Part shown: positions 56,767 through 64,000 of the stretch, in pieces
Numbering within the stretch: position 1 is the first letter of the stretch
Layout: every line of letters starts with the position of its first letter
IMG/VR virus record: IMGVR_UViG_3300028805_000091
Location: 1 to 64,000 of that record
Reading direction: 5' to 3' (one strand)
Length of the DNA stretch: 64,000 bases
From: a virus
Taxonomy: Duplodnaviria > Caudoviricetes
Made by a program: the position numbers and the translations under genes
Notes under the pieces: generated by a model
Told to the model about the DNA's origin: nothing
Databases searched by the model: none
What the model saw: the letters and a program-made list of their open reading frames with translations, nothing else

Positions 56767-59406
56767 ATGCCTAAAAATTTCGTATCAGTATTACAACAAG
56801 ATGAACAATTTAATCCTACAAAAATAAATGCTAATGTATTTGATGATACAAATAGTGTTAAAGAAGATAATGATAAATTAGAAAAAAAGCATGAGTTAAC
56901 TTCTCAAGCTATTGAAAAAATTACACAATCTTTACAAGTATCTGATGAATTACAGTCTATAATAAATCGTATCAATAAACTAAATAAAGATTTAGATACA
57001 AATAAATGGACTAAAAATGAAGAAGATAATACAGCTACATTAAGAAGTAAAGATGCTAGAATATTTAAGCAAAACGATAATTTATGCTTATCCCATGATG
57101 GTAAAATAGAAATATTTAAATCTGTACCTGAATTACATGAATGGTTAAAGAAAAATCATTATCCTTTGCCAGAAAATATTAAATTACATGAAGCCACTGA
57201 AGAAAATACTCCATTTACTGATGATCCAAACGAAGATATGAGTTATATGGATATAAATCGTTCTTTAACTAAAGATTTACGTACTTTATATAGTAGATCA
57301 CGTTGGGCTGATATAATTGGACATAGATGGTCTGAGATTGATAAAAAATATGATTTAGATCCAGAAGCTGAACGTCGTCGTAAAGAAAATTATTGGAAAG
57401 GCTTTAATCCTAATTCAAGACCTATGTGGTCAGATGAAGAAAAATTAGCACGTAGAATGGCTGGTATTGAATTAAAAAGTACAAATACCCCATTTGGAAA
57501 ACAACCAAGTGATTTAACTTCTTACCATGGACGTTGGGCTGATAATGCAAATACTAGAAACGAAATAAATAAAATGTATAAAAAAGAATCAGAAGGAGAT
57601 AGACAATTGAATTCGGATGAAATTTGGTATTTAGAATATCAAAATAAAGGTAATAAAAATTATTTAAATTCAAATTGGGAAACAGAAGATCTTCTGACTG
57701 ATAATTTGGATAATGCAGCTAAATTTATAACACGTGAAGATGCTATATATACATTAAAAGATTTGTATTCTATGCAATCGACCGAGTTTCCTTTTAAGCC
57801 AATTACCTTAAATGATATGGGTGAATGTGGTGTTACCATTGGAGGTTCATTAGGTTCGGCTGTTCAATATCTCGGCAATAAAAAAGAAGAATCTGTATTA
57901 GATGAAGATAGTCAACGCCTTGGAGCTAAAAGATATGCAAATTTAAATAGAAACGTTATTAAAGGCTCAAAAGTAATAGATGATAATGGTGAAATAATTG
58001 GCTATGTAGATAAAACAGTACAAGATCTATATGATAAAAATGATCCAGAAGTTTATGTTTATGGACGTTCTGGTGACTCAATTAATGTAGGTAATCATAT
58101 TTATTCAAATGCTCATGCTACTATGACACGTTATGTTGTTCGTGACTTAGATGGTAAAATTATCGGTTTATTAGCACCTGGCAAAACCACAGCTTATGCT
58201 CCAAATGGTGATATTTTAGGTCATGCAGATATTATTTCAAATGCTGCTGATAAAAACTTTAATTTAGATGATTATACAAAAGATGCTCAAAGTGCTTATC
58301 AAGACCAATTTACTTCAAGAGCAATGGCTCACTTTAAAGGTAAAACAAACAGAATTAATATGTATAATAACAAAGGATTAAAACCACAATTTGCAGATGT
58401 TGCTGGAAATAATCCTGAATTATTAAACAGAATGTTTATGGGTACTTGGAATGATAAAACTGGTGATTTACTTATTTCTCCTGAAGAATTTGAAAATCGT
58501 ATTAAAGAGATAAACGATACTTATGGTATTAATCTTTCTAGTCAATATCCATTATTTAGTATGAGCTCTAAAGATAAAAATAATCCAAATTATCCAGAAT
58601 TCTTAAAATGGAGAGATTCAGAATTTAAACGTATCTTTGATGCTAGTCGTAAAAAAGATACTATTTCTAGTAGAATTTCAAATCAACGTAATGATATTGA
58701 TAATGCTAAAGCTAATCAAGCAGATAGAAATTCTTCAGAAGAAAATCAAAAAATTGCTTTTAATCAAGCTAAAACACAAGCTAAAGATATTGTAGATTCA
58801 TATATGAATGGTGAAAGTAAATCTTCAACTATGCGTAAAGGATTAAAAGATATATTCAATAATGCTAATTATTCAGATAGTATTAAGAAAAATATTGCAA
58901 ATTATGTTAAGGATGCCTTTAAAGATGATCAAGATGAAATAGAAACATTAGATATGTTAATTCCTGGTTATTTTGGCGAAAGCGCTCCAAGAACAGAAAA
59001 ATTCTATAACAAACATAGTTTCTTAGATATTTTACGTTCACATATGCAAGATACATTATTAACAGAAGATGATACTCCTGCTGATTTTGCTGATACTACA
59101 CCAGATAATGTTAATATTGAAACACCTTCAGATACAGCTACAGATACTTCTTCTAATTCATCAACTGATGATTTTGATGGTTATGAATTAGATAGTGATA
59201 GTTCTGATACAGATGCTCCAAGTTTTGGCGATATAAATATCAGTGGTGGTATGGGTCCAGATGAAGAAGCTCCTCAAATTACTTCAGATAAAAAAGTAAT
59301 TGATGTTTTAGCTAATGACGATGATGAATCTGAAATAAAAATAAAAACAAAAGATTTATCATCAGATGAAGTAGAAACTCATGATTTAAGTGAAATTGAC
59401 ATTTAA
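56767..59406 (+). CDS. 879-aa acidic putative internal head protein
   Basis: Long ORF with repeated xxE-(A/S/D) motifs and an acidic low-complexity tail. Confidence 0.65.
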   Translation: MPKNFVSVLQQDEQFNPTKINANVFDDTNSVKEDNDKLEKKHELTSQAIEKITQSLQVSDELQSIINRINKLNKDLDTNKWTKNEEDNTATLRSKDARIFKQNDNLCLSHDGKIEIFKSVPELHEWLKKNHYPLPENIKLHEATEENTPFTDDPNEDMSYMDINRSLTKDLRTLYSRSRWADIIGHRWSEIDKKYDLDPEAERRRKENYWKGFNPNSRPMWSDEEKLARRMAGIELKSTNTPFGKQPSDLTSYHGRWADNANTRNEINKMYKKESEGDRQLNSDEIWYLEYQNKGNKNYLNSNWETEDLLTDNLDNAAKFITREDAIYTLKDLYSMQSTEFPFKPITLNDMGECGVTIGGSLGSAVQYLGNKKEESVLDEDSQRLGAKRYANLNRNVIKGSKVIDDNGEIIGYVDKTVQDLYDKNDPEVYVYGRSGDSINVGNHIYSNAHATMTRYVVRDLDGKIIGLLAPGKTTAYAPNGDILGHADIISNAADKNFNLDDYTKDAQSAYQDQFTSRAMAHFKGKTNRINMYNNKGLKPQFADVAGNNPELLNRMFMGTWNDKTGDLLISPEEFENRIKEINDTYGINLSSQYPLFSMSSKDKNNPNYPEFLKWRDSEFKRIFDASRKKDTISSRISNQRNDIDNAKANQADRNSSEENQKIAFNQAKTQAKDIVDSYMNGESKSSTMRKGLKDIFNNANYSDSIKKNIANYVKDAFKDDQDEIETLDMLIPGYFGESAPRTEKFYNKHSFLDILRSHMQDTLLTEDDTPADFADTTPDNVNIETPSDTATDTSSNSSTDDFDGYELDSDSSDTDAPSFGDINISGGMGPDEEAPQITSDKKVIDVLANDDDESEIKIKTKDLSSDEVETHDLSEIDI

Positions 59407-59446
59407 TGCTTGTTTTTTGACCTCTGGATAGCCGAATTTAAATTTT

Positions 59447-59480
59447 AAGTCCTGATTATCACTTTCAGGACTTTTTCTTT
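59447..59480 (+). terminator. Rho-independent terminator
   Basis: AAGTCCTGA/TCAGGACTT stem followed by TTTCTTT. Confidence 0.75.
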
Positions 59481-59770
59481 TCTATGGTCAATTTTTCAAG
59501 TATTTGGTCATAGACATTAGATAACTGTTTTTCTTTAAACCAAATTTTTTTATTAAATTTAGAATTTATAAATATAATACCTTTAGATCCAGATACTATA
59601 AATGAATTTGTACGCTGCTGTGTTATATGAAATTTATATCTATCAATAGCTTCTCTTAAATCAAATAATTCATCTCTTCCACCTATTAAAAGGCCATAAT
59701 CATTTACTTTTAATTGATAAAAAGAATTACTATTCTTAAAAGTTCCTTCCTCTATTAAAACTTTATCCAT
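59465..59770 (-). CDS. Hypothetical protein
   Basis: GAGG RBS; sigma70-like promoter upstream. Confidence 0.65.
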   Translation of the reverse strand: MDKVLIEEGTFKNSNSFYQLKVNDYGLLIGGRDELFDLREAIDRYKFHITQQRTNSFIVSGSKGIIFINSKFNKKIWFKEKQLSNVYDQILEKLTIEKKKS

Positions 59771-59798
59771 AATGTCCTCTTATATTTTAATTTAACCA

Positions 59799-59827
59799 AA
59801 CATATATTAAAAAAATTTATTTGTAAA
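59799..59827 (-). promoter_or_regulatory. sigma70-like promoter
   Basis: TTTACA-17 nt-TATGTT. Confidence 0.55.
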
Positions 59828-60065
59828 ACCAAAAAATATCTTTTCGTATAAAAATTGCCTCGCGTGCGCACGTATACGCGAAAAATAAAAATAAAAATAT
59901 TTTTATTTTATACGTCTTTTCGTCTAGTCTATCGTCTACAGACAATCCAGACGTCAGACTGTATAATTTTTTTTAAATTTTTAAATTATTTATATATATT
60001 ATATTTATATTATTTAAATATACAGTTTTTTTGTCTAATTTTCATAGAAGTTCTATGTCATATAT

Positions 60066-60614
60066 ATGGTTAAAAAGGAGTTTATAATGGAAATATATGG
60101 TGATCCAAAATATTCAAATAAATTTTATGTTTATTTAGATGATGGAAGTATTTCTTGGGTACCTAGTTTTAGTATAGCTAAAGAAAACGTTTCTAATACA
60201 CGTAATAAAGACTGGTATGATAAACCTTTATATTGTACTACTGAAGAAGTAGCTATTGGATATAATGGTAAAGTTTATATTAAAAGTCAATTACCTGAAG
60301 ATCCAAATAAAATAGAAATATTTGATAATTTAAATAATTTTAAAACTCAAAGTTTACACTATATAGAAGATAAAGTTAATAAATGTATAGAAGAAAATAA
60401 ATTTAAATCTTTGTTTGATGTAATTTCTTGGAAAGATTCTACATTTAAAGACTATAAAGAAAAAGCTGAAAAAGTAATGTTATACAGAGATAAGATATAT
60501 TCATTTTATGAAAATTTTATAAAAGAACATATGTCTGAATTAAATATTTCTGATAAACCTGTTGATTTATCTGATTTATTTGATAAATTTATAAATGATT
60601 GTCCATTAAAGTAG
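60066..60614 (+). CDS. Tail-fibre-assembly (DUF4376-like) protein
   Basis: KVYIKSQLP ... SLFDVISWKDS...KEKAEKV..YRD.IY pattern. Confidence 0.45.
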   Translation: MVKKEFIMEIYGDPKYSNKFYVYLDDGSISWVPSFSIAKENVSNTRNKDWYDKPLYCTTEEVAIGYNGKVYIKSQLPEDPNKIEIFDNLNNFKTQSLHYIEDKVNKCIEENKFKSLFDVISWKDSTFKDYKEKAEKVMLYRDKIYSFYENFIKEHMSELNISDKPVDLSDLFDKFINDCPLK

Positions 60615-60621
60615 GTATTAA

Positions 60622-61530
60622 ATGAAATCTGCTATACGTTTATTTATAATTCCAACATTTAAAGTAAATTATATTTATAATTACTATGAATATAAATCTA
60701 AAGCTAATGAAGATAAAATTTTAGATGTTGTAGAATTAGATCAGAAATTAGCAGAATTACAAAAAATATATGATATAACTCAAATCGATATAACAGGAGG
60801 AGAACCTTCTTTATTATCTGATTTTTACTTTGATATGTTATTTTATTTATTAAAAACCTATTGTAAAAAAGTAAATGTATATACTGATTTTATTAAAATT
60901 CATAAAAGTATTATAAATCATTGTGATATCATAAATGTAAATTTTAATTTTAATGGATATTCTCAAAAAGGACAAGAAGTATTTAATAATATTCAAACAG
61001 CTGTAAATAATGGTAAAATTATAAATTTAAAATCATTAGATATATCCTGTGATAAAAATCAAATAAAGATTATAAAAAGTTTAAATGATTCAGGTATTAA
61101 GTCTTGGGAAATAATACCATATCATCAAAGTATATATACATCATTAAAAGCTAATGATTATTCTTATACAGAAGATGTAATTAGATATTTTTTATTATCT
61201 TATAAACAGATGAAATTTGCATTTCAAAATAAACTTCAAATGGATAGTATTTTACCTATTGATAACTATAATACAAAAATAGTATATATTACTCCATATA
61301 GTAAATATGCTATACAAGAATTTAATAAAAACAAGCAATTTCAATTACTTAATTTAAATAATATAGAAGAATTACAGAAAAAATTAGAAGAAATGGAAAA
61401 AATACGAGATAATTTTTGTGATAAGTGTGATTCTAAATTACTGTGTCTAGCAAATAGACATCTAAATTTAAATTATGACGGTAAAAGTTGTAGTGGATTT
61501 AGAAATCTAATTTATTTTTATAGACATTGA
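60622..61530 (+). CDS. Degenerate radical SAM/SPASM protein lacking CxxxCxxC
   Basis: PTFKVNYIYNYY in place of PT..CN..C.YC; ITGGEPSL and C-terminal CDKC.....C...C are retained. Confidence 0.7.
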   Translation: MKSAIRLFIIPTFKVNYIYNYYEYKSKANEDKILDVVELDQKLAELQKIYDITQIDITGGEPSLLSDFYFDMLFYLLKTYCKKVNVYTDFIKIHKSIINHCDIINVNFNFNGYSQKGQEVFNNIQTAVNNGKIINLKSLDISCDKNQIKIIKSLNDSGIKSWEIIPYHQSIYTSLKANDYSYTEDVIRYFLLSYKQMKFAFQNKLQMDSILPIDNYNTKIVYITPYSKYAIQEFNKNKQFQLLNLNNIEELQKKLEEMEKIRDNFCDKCDSKLLCLANRHLNLNYDGKSCSGFRNLIYFYRH

Positions 61531-62108
61531 CAAGGAAATATAGTATGAATTATATGAGTTTAGTATTAGGCGAAAGAAAAGTACCTGATAATAATAAAAA
61601 CTTAGCAAATAAAATTGATGAATTGAAAGCTTTAGTAAAAAAGAATAAAATAAAGTTTAATAAAACGATTAAAAAGCTTGGAAATACAATGTATAGTGTA
61701 AATGGTTTACCTTATATATCTGTTTCAAGAGATGTATTAAAAAAACCTGATTCTATATGTTCTATTCGTATAAATTGGAAAAAGAAATCTATGGGAGATA
61801 TGACATTAGACGAAGCTATTAAAGAACTTAAAGAACAATGGTGTTGGAATGTTTCAGTTGTAGATGAAGAACACACACGTAATAAATATAAAAATAAAGA
61901 TATTATTTGTGTAGTATTTGATACAAAAGAAGAAGCTGAAAAAAATATGGAAATTTTTAATAAACTTTTTATGACTGCTATTGAACAAGATTGTGTAGAA
62001 GAATATAAAAGATTTAAAGAAAATCCAGATAAAAGACCATTAACCTTTGATAGATTAGTTTCGAATTATGCTGAATTATATCAAGCTGTAGATGACGGTA
62101 TACTTTAA
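61527..62108 (+). CDS. Hypothetical protein
   Basis: ORF in operon; start uncertain (MNYMS likely). Confidence 0.6.
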   Translation: MTRKYSMNYMSLVLGERKVPDNNKNLANKIDELKALVKKNKIKFNKTIKKLGNTMYSVNGLPYISVSRDVLKKPDSICSIRINWKKKSMGDMTLDEAIKELKEQWCWNVSVVDEEHTRNKYKNKDIICVVFDTKEEAEKNMEIFNKLFMTAIEQDCVEEYKRFKENPDKRPLTFDRLVSNYAELYQAVDDGIL

Positions 62109-62120
62109 AGGAGAAAACAT

Positions 62121-62450
62121 ATGAGTGAAGGACGTAAAACAATTAAACTTTTTGTAAAAGGTAAGATGGGAGTAGGTAAAACAACTCTTATTACTACTTT
62201 ACATGATATTCTTAAAAGAAATAAAAAGTTTAAAGAAAGTTTTAATGGTTATGATATTGAAATTTTTGAATATGCTGAATGTGATGAAGGTGAAATTCAG
62301 TCAGCACATAATAAAAGATGGTCAATTGATGACGGTAAACTTGAAGAAATTGAATTTTTAAGTGTTACATATCATAAATCTTTTATTGATTTAATTTGGA
62401 AAATTATTAAATGGCCATTTGTTAAACTTTTCAAATTAATCAGAAAATAA
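62121..62450 (+). CDS. Small protein with Walker A-like motif
   Basis: GKMGVGKTT near the N-terminus; amphipathic C-terminus. Confidence 0.5.
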   Translation: MSEGRKTIKLFVKGKMGVGKTTLITTLHDILKRNKKFKESFNGYDIEIFEYAECDEGEIQSAHNKRWSIDDGKLEEIEFLSVTYHKSFIDLIWKIIKWPFVKLFKLIRK

Positions 62451-62531
62451 ACTATTTGGAAATTTAAATTAGTAGAAATTGTCAATTATAAGACTTCTAT
62501 ATTGTGTAGTACAATTGGAGGTCTTTTTTAT

Positions 62532-64000
62532 ATGAGGTTTAATATACGCCAAATAGATATTGAAAACTTTAGAAGTGTACAGTCTAAAGTTAAATTTATG
62601 ATTAAACCAGGTTTGTATTCCATAGAAGGTACGAATAGTGATGAGAAAACAAATAATGGTGCTGGTAAATCTACAATTGTTTCAGCTCTATATTGGTGCT
62701 TAACCGGCAATGCATTGACAAATGAAGTTTTAGCTGATGATGTTGTAAATATTAAAGCTGGAAAAAATTGTCGTGTAACAGTTTATATTGACTCTGATCA
62801 AGGTGATATAAAGATTAGCCGTGTAAGAAAAGACTCTGAGTTAGGTAATAACTTATTTCTTGAAATTTGTGGTCAAGATTTAACTTGTCATAAAGTAGCG
62901 GATACTCAAGTTAGAATTAACCAACTCTTTAGAATTCCGTTTGATTTATTACGTAGTACTATATTAATGACTCATGACATGAAGTCTGCGTTTTCTGAAC
63001 TAACACCACAGATGCGTGTACAAACCCTTGAAAGTATTCGAGACTATTCTGTGTGGGATAAAGTTAGAGATGAAGCTAATAAGGACATAAAGAGCTATAA
63101 TAAGGATATTCAAAGTCTTAATATGGATTTAAGTAGTGTTATAGGAAGTTGTGACACGTATAAGAAATTATCGCAAAGCACAGCGGAGACCTATACTACT
63201 CTTCAAAAATCTTTCAGCTTAGATGAAATAACTAATAAAATCAATAAGTTATCTGATGAAAATAATACTTTAATGGAACAAAGTACAAAAATTTTAACAG
63301 ATATGCATACATTTGAAAATCAGTTAAATCAGTACGAAAGCAATGACTTACAAAAGCAGCTTAATGAGATAGTCGATTCTGCAAACAATATTAAACTTAA
63401 TCTTCAGAGTACGGAATACGAGCGGAAAGATTTAGTCAATGATATTGAATTAATCGATGCTTGGTTTAAAAATGATAGATGTCCTACTTGTGGTCACTTG
63501 TTAGAAAGAACAGAAGAAGAAAAAACATCTAAAACAAACAATCGTGAGAAATTAAAAGAGTCTTTAAAGTCTTTAGATGATAAAACAAAAAAGTTAAATG
63601 ATGATATATTAGTTAAAAGAAAAGAATGGTCTGAAGTTAATATAAAATTACAAACTATTGATAAGTCAAAAAAAGAGATTAAAGATAAAATAAATGAATT
63701 GTTTAATCAAGATAAACAAATTCAAAGAAAAGTAGCAGATAATAAGATTTCAATAGCTCAATTACAAAATGAAAGAGATTCACATAATTCACGCCTTACT
63801 AAATTAGATGAAGATATGAAAAACTATACTTCTGAAATAGGTAAGCTAGAAGAAAAACAAAAAGATATATCTACACAGATTAAAGTATTAGAAGAAAAAC
63901 GTCAGTTATCTGATTATTTCTATAAATTGCTTGGTAGTAAAGGTGAATTAAGACCATATTTATTAAAAAGTGATATTATGTACTTAAATCAATGTATGCA
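62532..64000 (+). CDS. SbcC/Rad50/gp46-like recombination ATPase (3'-partial)
   Basis: MRFNIRQIDIENFRSV..., Walker A NGAGKST, coiled coil, Zn-hook CPTCG; open to the window end, so absent from the ORF track. Confidence 0.9.
   Translation, partial: MRFNIRQIDIENFRSVQSKVKFMIKPGLYSIEGTNSDEKTNNGAGKSTIVSALYWCLTGNALTNEVLADDVVNIKAGKNCRVTVYIDSDQGDIKISRVRKDSELGNNLFLEICGQDLTCHKVADTQVRINQLFRIPFDLLRSTILMTHDMKSAFSELTPQMRVQTLESIRDYSVWDKVRDEANKDIKSYNKDIQSLNMDLSSVIGSCDTYKKLSQSTAETYTTLQKSFSLDEITNKINKLSDENNTLMEQSTKILTDMHTFENQLNQYESNDLQKQLNEIVDSANNIKLNLQSTEYERKDLVNDIELIDAWFKNDRCPTCGHLLERTEEEKTSKTNNREKLKESLKSLDDKTKKLNDDILVKRKEWSEVNIKLQTIDKSKKEIKDKINELFNQDKQIQRKVADNKISIAQLQNERDSHNSRLTKLDEDMKNYTSEIGKLEEKQKDISTQIKVLEEKRQLSDYFYKLLGSKGELRPYLLKSDIMYLNQCM

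Noticed and set aside
62532-62620. Apparent frameshift or missing start in the SbcC-like gene
   Set aside because: Codon-by-codon reading from the ATG at 62532 is continuous (…ENFRSVQSKVKFMIKPG…). The ORF is missing from the track only because it runs off the window.
432-62710. Numerous antisense or overlapping 60-120 aa ORFs in the track (e.g. 4624-4914, 29025-29366, 36452-36721, 50559-50912, 53409-53678, 59855-60073)
   Set aside because: They lie opposite or inside well-supported genes, lack an RBS, and show the low-complexity composition of shadow frames.
1-64000. Stop-codon reassignment (as in some large gut phages)
   Set aside because: Conserved enzymes (GlyA, GroEL, ClpP, GH19, portal) are full length in the standard code, and both TAG (23140, 33139, 60612) and TGA (27805) end genes at sensible positions.

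Overview
AT-rich 64 kb segment of a large (jumbo-type, T4-like morphogenesis) bacteriophage genome, read in the standard code. From left to right: (1) the 3' part of a terminase large subunit carrying a mini-intein in its Walker A motif; (2) a minus-strand early/middle block (ClpP, radical SAM/SPASM, GlyA, QueC-like, about 30 small ORFans) driven by sigma70-like promoters; (3) a plus-strand block with DNA-binding-like proteins, a secreted lysozyme-like protein and a tail-fibre module; (4) the most striking locus, a minus-strand cluster at 23145-31344 with six tandem paralogous radical SAM proteins, a NifS-like PLP-fold protein missing its catalytic Lys, and a protein ending in a 24-residue Ser/Cys tract that could be their substrate (a RiPP-like or virion-modification system); (5) a GH19 endolysin and head genes (scaffold-like, gp21-type protease fused to about 1100 acidic residues, a 1312-aa protein with a Pol-beta nucleotidyltransferase domain, portal, neck-like and tail-like genes); (6) GroEL/GroES, glutaredoxin, a metallophosphoesterase, a second ClpP, a radical SAM that has lost its CxxxCxxC motif, and a partial SbcC/gp46. 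A recurrent GTTCTA motif precedes late-type genes. All family assignments come from motif recognition by eye; no database searches were run.
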